From positions 635,988 to 699,987 of the forward strand of contig CAJFCJ010000005.1 of assembly GCA_904063045.1 (NCBI GenBank): DNA of 64,000 nt, given 5' to 3'. A program made the translations under genes and the position numbers. The stretch comes from Dimorphilus gyrociliatus (lineage: Eukaryota; Animalia; Annelida). The notes beneath the pieces were generated by a model. It had not been told where the DNA came from and made no database searches. It worked only from the letters and a program-made list of their open reading frames with translations. This document shows positions 23,037 to 37,501 of this stretch, piece by piece (position 1 is the stretch's first letter; the number at the start of each line of letters is the position of its first letter).

Positions 23037-25054
23037 AGCCACCCGGCTTCCCAACTCTTCATTCATGAATGAAGTGTGGGAGACGCCGTAAAAAGTGGGT
23101 GAATAAGTTATATACATACGCAATTCAATGTGCAAAAATGTTGTAATAATTTAATATTGAATGATAAAATTGATAGAGGAAGTTTTTTTTTTCAATAAAA
23201 ACAATGTAATTAGGTCAACGTGTTTTTTTTATGAATGGACAGAGGACGTCAAACAACATGTGATTGATAGAGAGCAAAATAATAAACGATTTCGCTATGT
23301 AATAAGTATAAATGATTCCAATATAATATTGGGTATGTTCAACCTAGAATTTTGGGTGTGACATTCACGATAAGAGAATAGAAAAATGATTTGTAAGGAA
23401 AGCGATAATGGAACGAAATAAAGTTACCTGCTGTACTTCTTTCTTTTTGAAAAATTAGCTTTATCCGATCGTCGTGGAAATATTGGTGAATTGGACATAT
23501 TTTTTTAATCCTCGTAAAATTAGAATCGACATCGACGGAAATCGCGATTGAACTGAGTGTAGTTGAAGACGGAAGTAACCTGTTCAACTTCCCGCCAAAA
23601 TTTTTAACTGGTGCCGTTTCCCTTATATTCATAAACTGCTATTTTGTAGACAAGATGCGTAACCCATGGCTGGTTTCTATTCCGCAATATCTTTGACTGG
23701 TTCCAAACCGAAAAAAGACGGGAACAGGCGACATTGTTAAAGGGCAAATAAACACGTGCCAAAAATATATTGAACATATTTATACCCCCACAATAGGTAA
23801 GGGAGTTCTTTCCTTTATTTAAAAAGGAAAACCGCTCTAAAATGTATCCTTTTTTATTGTTGAATTAGTCTCCACCTACCAATATATACCAATACGTCAG
23901 TGGTATATTCAATAGCTCTTCATACTTGAGCTTATATTGCTTACATTAATTTCATTACTCCCACATTACCAAACACATGTTACTCTCTATAAACTAAACG
24001 CTTTGAAGTAATTATGAATATATATTTAATGTATATGTTAGTATAAATGTACTTTTTGTTGTTTTGTCTTCTATTGATGTATACTACTGCGTAGGAAAAT
24101 AACAATTTATGTGTGTATGTATGTATGTTGTAATGATGTTTGCGTTTTTTGGCCATAAATGTATTGGAAACAAGATGCAGCTGTTCAGAGGCGGAAGTAG
24201 AGTTCATGGACCGCCCCATCGGGTCGAAAGTGTCACGGATGCGATTATTGTTCCGACCATTTCCGGTTTCCTGTTTGAATGGGCAGCTGTATGTTGTTAT
24301 CTATGGAACACAAATACTCTAATTTGTAGTCCATTCGCCGATCTGTAATGAAAATCTTTTGAAGAGTTGACTATCAAGATTCTCGTTTATACCGATTAGG
24401 CGAACGGTGTAGTTTTCCGTAGAATCGATCTATTTCCCTTTATCAACGACCGATAATCCTTAGATCAATTTACTACTATGATCATTCATTCATACGTATA
24501 ATCGATATTTTTTTTTGTTTACTATTTAATTACAAATGCGTGAATAATGGGAAAAAAAATGAATGAACTCATATGATGATTGTAGGTCTGTATAAATCGT
24601 ATAATGAATTGGATTTAAAGCGTAAAAAATTGCTACGCCAATAGAAAATGTCGATTGAATAAAAGTGTATGGGAAATAGCGTGGTCCCAATTCATGAAAT
24701 TGTATAAGATAGATTTTTTTGCGCAGCTCTACATTTGCTCCATTTTCATTTCAGGTAAATCTTTAGTATTAAAGTTCAGTAGTGTAGCATTGGTAAAGTA
24801 AATAATTTCGTATCAGTTCATATCGCATCCGATCTAGATAGTTTGTCTGTTTAAAGGAGAAAAAAAATGTTATATAATTCATTTCGTAGATAAATATGTA
24901 ATACTTTTATTGAGAGAGCAATAAATAATGATATAAAAAAATATATTGTTTAAACGCTTATCTAAACTGATGAACGACTTGATAATCTTGAACGAGATAC
25001 TTTTTTTTTTACTGGTTTCTTCTTTTCAATTTTGGGAAGGCGTAATGAACGCCC

Positions 25055-26101
25055 TCAGACTAGGTTCAATAAAGAAAGGAAAAAGAGGATTAAAGGCCAA
25101 TGGGGTAGGTTTTTAAATGCCCAACTCTTGTAATTTGAATCATTTACTTCCAATACTGTTTTCGCTATGCAAATGCCAAAATTTTTGTGAGGACAAATTG
25201 AACATTCAGAACCTTTAACGCAAACTCTACTATCGCGTCTTTCCGTATGAACAGTACAACTGCCATTCACGGCAGAAAGTTTAGCCTTCCTATGCACACA
25301 CTTTCCTATAGATCTAAGAAATATTGTTTGATTTTTGCAGTGGCATTCGTCGAAGAGGCAAACCATATTTCTTAAGCAGTGGCTATCTCCTACGCATTTG
25401 CGATGATATTTGCTTTTTTCGCATCGTTTACCATCTGAACTAGGAGCGTACTGATCAAAGCACGAGCAAACTCCATTCTTACAATAAGACCTGACGTCGG
25501 TGCAAAACTTGGTACAGCTTTCATTCGGTAGCGTCTCATTTACAGCAATACAATGAATTGAATTCCTAACTGGTTTGGCATCAGTAAGGCAGTCGCATCT
25601 GTTTGTTTTGAAAGAGCATAAGGCGAAATTTCCCGGGCAGATGCCGTATCCTGGTCCGCATTTTTCTCCATAACGTAAAACTGTTGATATTACAAGTTTA
25701 CACAAAGTGAATTATTTCCATCAAAAGTTAAAAGGTAAAATGGAGAGAAAGAAAGAAAAAAAAAAATACAGCTTCGCATTGACTATCTCTGCAATAAAGT
25801 CATCAAAATGAGAGCTTACTTTTGTAGCACTGATCGGCTCTTTTCTTATAGCCATTTGAACATTTGCATTTGCCAAATTGGCAGTGATCACTTTTGTGGC
25901 AATACATATTCTTGTCCAGCAATTTACATTGTTCGTTGTTTTTGCATAGACGACAATCTGCTAATTTCACAACTGGAATACGATAAAATTATCGTTATCT
26001 TCTTTATAATCTAACTACTAACGTATAGTAATAAAAGTAGGATACTGTTAATACATACTGCATATTAAGAGTCCATAAAACAGCGTATGGCGATGATTCA
26101 T
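25055..26101 (-). CDS. Secreted/GPI-anchored cysteine-rich EB/EGF-like module protein, 273 aa, 3 exons
   Basis: Exons 26059-26101 (MNHRHTLFYGLLIC, signal-peptide-like), 25820-25972 (phase 1-1 module ...CRLCKNNEQC...CHKSDHCQFGKCKCSNGY...C) and 25055-25680; 822 nt in frame. Repeated C-x-C module ends and a hydrophobic C-terminus WPLILFFLSLLNLV*. Exons 1-2 are not in the ORF track; exon 1 is the least certain. Confidence 0.75.
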
Positions 26102-26248
26102 TCCGATATTTGTAATAAATACTTTTGATATATTGAGATTATGATCGGGGTTTGTTAAGCCCGAAGAAGTTTATTAATTTCAGTAGCAACAAATTGCAGT
26201 TAGAATTTCCTATCAGCGGCAGAGAGCCAGAGGAAGCAACCAGGAGAG

Positions 26249-26252
<4 letters not shown>

Positions 26253-26283
<31 letters not shown>
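26253..26283. repeat. (AG)n microsatellite
   Basis: About 15 AG units. Confidence 0.9.
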
Positions 26284-26287
<4 letters not shown>

Positions 26288-28264
26288 AAAACAAAGATGA
26301 AGATGAAATGGTTAAGTAAGCTGATTACTTTTAGGTTTTATAAACACAACATTTAAGACAAACATTTAGGATTATATAGCAGGCAGGCTATATAATAGGA
26401 CTATTCCTTCAATGCACAATCTATCCGTTGGTTTTTGGTTGTCGCTGCAACGCTCTACAATACTCATCACAATCTCTGACGGAGCAGTATCGATCAGTAC
26501 CAACCGGAAGTTTGCACTCACCAAAATGTGTACCGTAGCATGTATTACGTAATCGTTTAAAAAACATGAATTATGTTCATATTATGTTAAACGAAGGAAA
26601 GATGTGTTGTTTAAATAGAGCACTTGATTGGTAATGGAACAATATGTACATTTTCAGTTTGTCAGTATAACATTGGCGTGTTTTATAACCGTAAAATTGT
26701 TGATCTATTGCCATTGGCGAATTATTTTACTATATATTTTACTATCGTAATTATTTAGCGAAATAAACCTTCTTAGGAATGTTTTAGCTACTTACTTTTT
26801 ACAATCGCTGTTTTCTTCGAAAGAAACTTCCGTACTTCCGATTAGAGTTTCGACGTTTGGAACTGTTACACACTTTTATTTTTCTCTCCTACCCTTTGTA
26901 GTATTATACGGAGAATTGATGAAATTTTTAAGTAATCGTCACTGCAAAAAGAGAGGAATATTTTTCAGATTAACGGAAAGCTCCACTTTGCAACTTATAA
27001 ACAATAGGGAATACCCCCTATCTCCAACTACGAAAACAAAGAAGTAATGTCAAGGTCGACTGCTGTAAGCACCAATATACGTTTGTCAAAAAGTTTATTA
27101 TCCCTGGTGAAAGATTGAATGGTATTGGAAGCAGAAATTGTATGATGGCAAATTAAGTTTAATTGACTGTATTATTGTATTTTTATATATAGGGTATAAT
27201 AGCGACGCTAATAATGGAAAGGGTAGTTACAATCGCAATGTATTTTATGTCCGTTCAATAACTCATTGCACTTTATCCGTTCGTCCTTTCTTCGAAATGC
27301 GTGGAACGACTACAGATCATGGGAAACATGGAAAAGGATTGCTAACGAATTTATCTATAATTTAGTTAGAAAAAGTATAATTTGATTAGAATGAAACACA
27401 CGGAGGAATAGCCATTTTACAGGTGAAAAAAGAATCGTATGAATTTTTCCACTTCAGTATCGGCTTTTTGTAAAATTTATTAATAAAATATTGATAGATT
27501 AATGTAAAAAGAATAAAATTGCTGGCTTTATTAGGGTGAATGAATTATTAATTAGCGTAAAAAAATTGTAAACTAGTGCATTTCAGTGTGTTGAAACTAC
27601 AAGCGTTGAAAACTCATACTGTATCCCTTGCCGCGAGTTGATTCAAGACAAAACGTCTTCCATTGTGTCCTCCATATCGTCGAATAGTCAAGTTTTTTTT
27701 GACAAAATGTTGGCCGTTCCTGCAATAGTGGAATGATACTTTCCATTGCGGTAAGTGACAATATTTTTTTTCTTTTTCTTGATCCTGCCTCTACACATCC
27801 CTCTCCCCGCCCGCCTCGCAAATGTTTAAATGCCCTATTGCCGTTCAATGATATACATATATATATATATATATATACAGTATATATATAACCAGTCATT
27901 TGACAATGATTGGTGATATGATCAGTTTAAAAATCAATCTCATCCATGCAATCTTTATAAGAGTTGTGCCTCTTAAAGCCGCTAGATCAAATGTGTTTAT
28001 TCATATATAGAATATAGTTTTCAATGACAAACATTTTTACCTGAAGCGTGTGTTTGATCGTGAAACAGGGAGAATGTGAAAAAAATTACTCTTAATTGTG
28101 GAATTCTCATCCGTACAACACTGGTTTTTTTTGCAGATATTTCGTAAAAAGGTTTACCGTAGGTTTTACAATAATTTTTAGTTTCGTCTTGAACAGAATC
28201 GCTCGCTGACAATATACCAATATTTCTTTTGGATCGATACTGTTCAGACATTTAAAATGTATGT

Positions 28265-29045
<781 letters not shown>

Positions 29046-31270
29046 GTAATTTTCTATCGAAATTTTCACGACAGTTTGCAAAACGTAAACATATCGTACG
29101 TATGAATTGTAAGCCGGTTCCGCCATCTATTGGTTAAGCGCTACAATAGTTGTACTGGTAGATTAAGACGATACTACATTGTTGACTAGGTAGTTGTATC
29201 CTCTACTGCAAAGACTAATGAGTTATAGAACTTAATGCAATTTATTTTCACCAAAGAAAATTTTAGTCTCAAAAAATTAAGGATCAATTTGAATTCATCA
29301 CGAATAAATTCTAATCAGATTTCCAATAGTCTTTATTCTTTGGCACGGAGCTTTCCTTAATGACACTTAACGAAAGCTTCTCTCTCCTCCTTCAACTTCT
29401 TATATGTCTTTTTTATTTTCAGAAATCAATTCAATACACTTAATAAAACGTCTAGCTTAATCAGGGTACGACCATAATTCGATAATTGATGGAAGTTTCT
29501 CTTTTATTGAGAACTGCCCAAACTGAAAAAACAAATTTTAACCTTATCGAATGGTTTCCTATTTGCGCTATGAAAGGTTTATATTGAAAGTGTAGACTAC
29601 TGCCCACACTATCATCTATCGATTATATTGTAATAAAGAAGGCATAAATTTTATGAATTTGTTCGATTAATTTCGTCTTCTTTATCTATTTATCAGAGAA
29701 TGAATCGATACTGTCTTTTGAACAGTATAATATAGCGTCTAATTGATATGCTTTTATTTTAAAGGAAATGTATAGGTTAAAATTATACGATATGTCCTCT
29801 TATTGTATAATTTATTATGATAGATATGAACCGAACTAACCCAACTGTAATTGTGCTATTCTGTTAATTCTTCTATTTGTTATAAGTGAAACATTGAGTA
29901 TTCTAAAAGTTTGCCTTTTATTTCGGTTTTTGTTTTCAAACTGATTAAAAGTTGATGGAAGAAAGGATCGGAATAATTTGGAATTAATTACGCTTCGGAA
30001 TAAGATTTGGTTAATGGGGAATACCAAAGACTCTCTATCTAGTTTCAGGCCTACAAATCAATGCCGATTTAAGACTGGCTACGATCACTTTAAGTGACGC
30101 CACTTACAAAAATATAGATGCAACGACTGATAAATTACGGCAAAGTGAATTAATTTTCAGTCATTTTACAACTTAATTAATTTAGATTGGATATACATTG
30201 AGTAAACAATTTAACTATTTGTTCGTTTTTCTTATTTTCCTTTCTTTTCTTTGTCACGAATGTCATTAACTTTGAGGAAACTTAATTTAGATTAGAAGAA
30301 AACTATATAACAGTAAATATTCATTTGTTTCTATGAGAAAAAGTCGATCCTCATTGTAGTTTCCCTCTTTCTCTCTTGATTTGTCTTTCTCTTAATTAAC
30401 TAGGTTGACTATCTAATAATCTCGGTAAACAAACAAAATACAGCCTCAGGACATGCTGCAAAAGTAATTGCGTACATTTAATCCAACCGTCGCCCAAAGC
30501 CCATTCATTTCTTCTTACTCTCCTACTTCCTCTTGCTCTCTGTCCTCTCCCTCATCCTCCTCTCTCGGTCACTCTATCTCTCTCCGTCTCTCTCTGTCTC
30601 TATCTTCCTCTCTCTTAGTTCCACTTCCTCTCTCTTCAATTTGTCTCTTTTTTCCCCTCAACTCATAAACGCACAGTTTGCTTATTTACCAATATTTCAA
30701 CTCTTTATTCTTAATGGACGGTAGATGGCGCTTTTTGAAAGAATTTCATTTGATGACAATGCGCATCTGGTTTGAAAAAATTAGGTTAATCAGATCACAC
30801 TAGAAAAACTTAGAACGCGTTTTTTAGGCCTATAAGTTGGAATGAAATCAAATCGGACTTGCCCTTTTTTTTGCTAAGAAAAAAATCGATTAAAGGACGC
30901 GCTTGCAAGAATTGCACTTCCATTATCCTTCTCTTTGATGAGAGAACATACACTAGACGGTTGGCGAGAAAGTGGAAGGAGCTAGGAGTTGGTGGAATAT
31001 CTCTATGATTTCTCTCACTATTTCTTTTTTTATCGTGCTCCTGTCAGAAAGATGATTAATTTTTTTAATCGTACAATCTATTCATATTTGTATTTGAAAA
31101 GTTCCAGCTAATGCCAGTCTATAGCCAATGAAAAACCATTTTTGTAATTTAACATGGTAGAAAGCGTCTAAATATAGTAGAGAGCGTTTCTTTAAATTGA
31201 CCCCTGTTTTATTATAGAATCTAAAAGCATTGAAAGTAAAGAGATTGAGCGAGTAAAGTGGAAGAGAGAT

Positions 31271-31288
31271 AGAGAGAGAGAGAGAGAG

Positions 31289-31350
<62 letters not shown>
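31271..31350. repeat. Compound (AG)n(GT)n microsatellite
   Basis: (AG)~10 at 31271-31291 directly followed by (GT)~29 to 31350. Confidence 0.95.
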
Positions 31351-31357
<7 letters not shown>

Positions 31358-33980
31358 AAGAAGAAAAAAGAACGGAGAGACAAAGACAAAGCTAAGAGAG
31401 AGAGATAGAGAGAGGGGTGGTGAATGAGAGTAGGAGGGAATAAGATCAAGGGCAGGCAAAAAGTAAATCTAAAAACAGAGTAGAAAAGTATGGAGTGGAT
31501 AAAAGGAGAAAATGAAATTAAATATAATAGATAGTTTGATTTGAAGAATGGATCTTTAACCAAACTAAAATTGTTACCATTATTGATGAAAATAGAGTTC
31601 TTGCTCCTTCTTTTCCAGCATCGACAATCGATGAGAATGAGGTAAAAAAAAACCGGATTTAGGAAAAGTTTTCAGAGTTGATCTTAACACTCCCCAATTG
31701 ATGTAATCGAACGTATCCTTTTAAATGTGATAGATAGATAGATAGAGAGAAAAATTTTAGAGACGCGAGTGCAAAAAACAATTTTTTAAATATAAAGAAA
31801 TTGCGAGCGAAAGACAGGAAAAGAATGAAACAGAAAGACAGAGAGAGAAACCGACATTTCGCTGTTTGTCATATTTTTCTTCTAATTAATGATCGACAAA
31901 AAAAATTACGTGTTCTATTTAAATGAAATAATAATAAGAGAAGAACCCTAGGAAAAAAGAAAAACAGAACTTTTCTTTTTTTAATAGGAGACGTATAGAT
32001 GTAAATAATCACCTTTCACCAACAAAATTAGATGATAGTATATATTTTCATTATAAACTCTACACAGGCAATATTCGTAGGTGTTTAATTAGTTTTAGCA
32101 CTGTTAGTGGACACGCACTAGTTGGGAATAGGAGGAAACGTCTCATTGAACTAATAAAGAAAGTTGATAGAGAAAGTGGATGGAAATTACTGGCAAGGGA
32201 AAGGAACTGTTCTAATAGGATGAGAGATAAGGCACCTATTCGCCTTTTAATGTATTTTTCAGCAAAAAAAAAATTCGGCAAAGAATTCGGGAATAGGAAT
32301 TATGGTGACAAAGGAGGAGGAGAACTGCTCATCTTACCCTAGTTGACAAACAGCAAAGATAAACAAAACGTGTTTGCATCCAGCAATGACTTATTGTAAA
32401 CGTTTGACATTCTTTTCATCACTTGACGTAAAGGTTAAGTGCGCCTTCTTTTACACCCATTGTAGATGCAGAAAAGGTGGAAAGGAGGAGTAGGAGAGGG
32501 CGAGCAAGGAGAAATTGCTCTATAGGATAATCGATTCGACTATCATTTGAACATTCCCAGATTCGATCGGTCGGGCTTTGAACAAACATTTGCAGTTTAT
32601 TGAGTGGCCTTACTCAACGCTAGTTTTTGCGGCATAGATTTTACGCCAAAACTGCAAAATATATAGTTGAAATTTGCTCTTTGACGCATTGATTTTTCCA
32701 CTTATATGCTCTGAGGATGTGACGTAAATGAGCAAATTAGACTGCCCTGTTTGCACAATCTTTATACACTATTCATTCAGACTATAAAAGTTCTATATTC
32801 GATGTTGTTCAACTGCAACAATTTAACGTCAATGAGAAATAGAAGAAAATAATAACTACATACAGAGTAAAGAAAGGCTCCAGTTTGTTTTTATTTCAAT
32901 ACAGGAAGGTCATGTATTGTCCCCTTATTTCAGTTAAAGAAAGGCGTTACTTGGCTATAGTGTTAATAAATGGTCTATTCTTAGATCATCGAATAGATAT
33001 ATATATATATATATATATACAGTATATATACAGTATATATATATATACTGTAGATAGCCTGTTTTTTTTCTACAGGCAATCGAATTTAATGTTAAACAGG
33101 AATATTTAGCTGACATTTTTATCTCAGTTAAACACCCAATACTTATTTTCTACGGTTCTACTCGCCCAATTTTGCTCCTAACAAATGCTCTCCTCCTCTC
33201 TATAGAAAATGGTGTTTACTTTGAAAAAGAGCCCTTGATTTAATAATTTTTTTTCTGACAATCTATAATAAATCATCTTACCGTACAAATGTAATTTTCT
33301 TTCTTACCGGGAATTGAAATCAGTTAACCGAAATTTGAAACGAAATTTAGAGCAGCTACTTATTACACTATATTACATTGGGGAATAATTATTGGACCTT
33401 TTCAAGGTTTTTTTTTAGCTCGTTTCACACAATTCATTAAGTGATATCACAAACAGCATTGCGTAATACCTCTTAGTAAGGAAATCTATTTTTCTTAAGT
33501 TGATTATCCACCGGCAATTCATTTATATGTTTCGATATTATTTGATGTTGGTGGCGGTACAATATGTGTAGTATTTTGCCGTGTTTGTATAATTGAATGG
33601 ACGATTCTATTGGCGAGGATTTAGTCTTTTAGGTGTATATCAATTTCAGTTAGTTTTCTTTTCATTCAAGATGATATGCAAATGATTTCCGGATGTAATC
33701 AAGAAAGGGTATAAATTATACATTAATATCCGGATGATAGGTGATCGATTCCTCAACCCGTTAGATGGCCTCTTAAGCGAGTCAATAAACAACAACTTTT
33801 CAATAACAAGTAAATAGACAAAACAACAACAACAACCACAATAATAATAATAACAATGGGAAAGCAAACAAACAGATAGAAACATGATTCAAAATTGAAA
33901 ATGAAACAACACTAAAGTCTATTCTTCTCTAGTCTTTGTTCTTTGCTTTAGCTTTTTTAGTTTTTCTCTTGAACGAGCAG

Positions 33981-33994
33981 CGGCCACCTGGTGG
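33981..33994 (-). promoter_or_regulatory. CTCF-like motif
   Basis: Minus strand CCACCAGGTGGCCG fits the CTCF core CCASYAGRKGGC; motif only. Confidence 0.3.
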
Positions 33995-36900
33995 AAAAAG
34001 GGATTTAAAAAAGGAATAGTTTGCGTCATAGCAATGACGTCTAGTTACTATTCTGATATTGAATATATCAGTTGAGTTGACTATGGTTGAGATAAATAAA
34101 GGGAAGAGGGGAAAAAGTGGGAAAATTCCTTTCTTGGAGAAAGTATCTTTTAATAATAGTACTCTTCTATTATACTAGGGGCGGTGACGACCACCCACTC
34201 ACGCTTTTTGCTTTCATATCACTGTAGTTTGTTTTTGTGCTGAAGCCGCGAACGTGATAGATAATAACTGTTGGAATTGTAGAAAATTGCGAGAATTGAT
34301 TTGTATTATTATTGAATGTTAATTGATCAATTATTAAGAAATAGGGCGAAAAAAAATTATATTTAAATAGGTGATACGGATTAAAAACCACTTATAAATT
34401 AAAATTAATTAAAGCGATTCGTAGAGTCGATGTCTTGACGAGCTTGAGTTTGCATGATATAAATCTTCTTTTTTTTATCATTGACAAAAAGGGTATAAAG
34501 ATGAAAAAGCTGAAAAAAAGTTGATAGAGGTAATACGATGAAGAAAGATGCGTTAATAAATTAATTTCTACGTTACTTCTATCGTGTTTAACAACCTTCA
34601 CCTGCTTTTTGCAAAATTCTTTCAATCATTCATTTGGTTTTTTTGATAAGAAAGTAAAAGGCAGCGGAAGGAAGAATATGATTTACAGTTTTTAAACTTG
34701 CACGCACAAATTCCAGATATACTGTATATCTATTTTTTTATTCTTCTATTTTTCTATAGCGTTCTTTCGTCTTCTCATTGCCTATTCACTCATTTGCATT
34801 GTCTTTTCTACGCCTATCAAGTAATTATTCGGTATCTGTCAATCTCACTAGAAATCGATACAAGACAAAGACCATCATCTACTATTCGAATAGGCTAGAC
34901 TGACTATATAGACCGGGCTTTTTTTTTGTCTGTGACATACGCTAATTCGAAAAAATATATACTGTTCTATCACGAAACGTTAAACAGACGTCTAATCCGC
35001 AGAAAAAAAATATACAGCCAATAAGAAGAGACGGCGCTATTTTGCAGTACAACTGGCGCCGTTTTTTTTCCCAGGTAGTCAGTTAAACAGCGGCGAACTT
35101 GCGGCATACTTTAAACTTTTTCCTTTTTTAGGTGAGTAATAAACCGAATTGTTTGTTATCGTTAAACGTAGTTTTTTCACGATTATTTAAGTGCGATTAA
35201 ATACTAGCGGTTTGGTTGGTTGACGAGTAAACGATATATTAATATTATATATATATATATATATATAAATTTATATGGAAATATTAATAGATTATATATA
35301 TATATACAGTATATATATATATATATAAGCAATGCGGCTTTTAAAGTGAAGAAAGTAAATATTGTTGAGAGTAAAGTAAAGTTTGTAACTAAAACCAGGG
35401 AAACCAATTTTAATCCGTCTAAAAATCGATAGGTTGTCAAACTTTTTAGATGCATCTATAACAAACAAGTAGACGGTGTCTAATCTAGTCGCATCAAGTG
35501 ACATTAAGTATGCTTTTTCTGTTGAGTTTGTCTTAAGCTACACCCGTTGCGAGATTGTTCATTGATAATTACAGGGCGGGCCAAATGTCTCTATCTCCAT
35601 CTCACTCGTCAACACTTCCTCGTTCCTCCTTTCCCCCTATTTCTATTCCCCCTTCTCTCTCTTCTATTTTTTATCTATTTGTTTTTTTTTGTCAAACCAT
35701 CGCTGTTCGTGCTGAAATGTCTTTTGAGAAAAACCGCTGGGCTTCCTCATAGCCTAAGGCCGACAGCTTATTTTCGTCTTAAATGAATTCTTTTATGAGT
35801 GTAAATCATAATTCTGTAAAAAATCCCACTATTACGGTGGTATGCTCGGCACCGCACTGACGTCTTTGTAAAACATATTGAAGGGAGGACTTTCACGTAA
35901 GACGAGAAACTTCAATCAGCACAATGGCATGAGAAACTTCGATCAGCTCCGAAGAGACATTGATTTATCATGGTTCGATCTAATTCATATGCAGGTGTTG
36001 TCAGTTAATTTTCACCAATTTGCATCTTTTGTGAATTCCTTTTCATTAAGCCGCCCACCTCATTTATTTTAAATGAAACAAAGCTATATACTTTCGCCGC
36101 TTTCTGTTGGTCGCATTAAGCATTTAATTAATTTCCATTTGGTTTCCAAGAACTACCAACTTTTTCAACCAATCGAAATCGATTTGTTTTTCTCTTTCCT
36201 ATCATTGATTTGTCAGCTCCGTCTATTCATTTCTCGCCCCTTGACAAACATTTAACATAGCGGATCGAAGAATGATTCTCCTCTTCTGGAGAATTTTTTC
36301 CTTTCCCCCAATTACGTAATTATAGGTATTGATTTAGGTCCCTCTCCCCTTTCCCCCTCCCTTACAGTCTATCAACTATCTATTACTATTAATCGTACGG
36401 TATATAGAAACCGATTTATTGATTTTTTTTCAACTCTTTAAAAAAAAAAACCTTCCTAAATGTTAGAGCACAATCTATTGTTTATTAAAATAAGAAACGT
36501 TAAATAACGAACGATGTGAGATAGATACACTTCGGATCGAGTAGTTGTTATTTCGAATATGGGATGGGAGGGGGAAAAAACTCGTAAAAATATCCGATTT
36601 TGAGACGAGAAGTAAATGAATGAATGTTTTCCCTTAAAAAATCAGAAAGTAGACTAAGAACAGAAATGAAAAGAACGAGAAAGAGAAGGAGAAGAAAAGA
36701 ATAAGAGGAGAAAGGAAGAGAGAATGAAAGAAGTTTTAAGAGAAATACTTATCACATTATATAGAAGAGAAAATTTCATCTGGCGAAATATAATCTTAAA
36801 TTTATTAATTATTGATTATCGATTATTATTATAAGTATTATAACTCTTATTGAGTTTGTAAAGTACCATTGAAAGACGTAAACAAACTGAATGAATTGCA

Positions 36901-37501
36901 AACAAAAAAAACTATCAAGTGAAATCATCGAAACCCCGTGTAAAGAATGGAAAGATGAAAAAATTTACACAACCTGCTATTAGATCGATAAAGTCGTCAT
37001 ATGTGAGAAAAATTTGATAGACATTTCAACAAAAAGACAGCCAGAAGCATCTGTTGGACAAACAATATGGGATTGATCTGCAAACTAATAGGCCTATTTT
37101 TGTATAGGGCGTATATCGAACGCCAATCCAGCTCTCGAGCGTCCTTATAGACGCCTGAGAGAACGTCGTGACTTAAAAAGCTTGAAAGAAACACGACTAG
37201 AAGCAAGTCGATCCCGTAAAAAGCTAATGATAGACGTGACGTAGCAGGTAGGTTTGGGCGAGTTTGTAATTAATTCTAGGGGGGTTTTTTCTCGCTAAAT
37301 CTCTTCTTTAAATAAAAAGAAGAAAAAAAGAACGACTTGAAATTCAATCGCTTATCTGTAATATGTTGGGTGAGAGCCGCAATTAAAGTTTGCTTAAAGT
37401 AAATAAGTTGTGTTTAAATAAAGGTAAATAGCGCTATTCCATGCATTCTAATCACACTTCTGCTCTTCTGTTGTAGACGAACGACAAGAGGCGAAACAAC
37501 G

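Noticed and set aside
23339-24350. ORFs at 23339-23632 and 24109-24348
   Set aside because: No recognisable domain and no supported exon chain.
30468-31563. Ser/Leu-rich and His-Thr-repeat ORFs
   Set aside because: These are translations of (CT)n, (GA)n and (GT)n microsatellites.
35904-35948. 17-bp imperfect direct repeat gagaaacttc(a/g)atcagc, read as RNFNQ/RNFDQ
   Set aside because: Only two copies, with no signal peptide or amidation sites; not a neuropeptide precursor or a CRISPR-like array.
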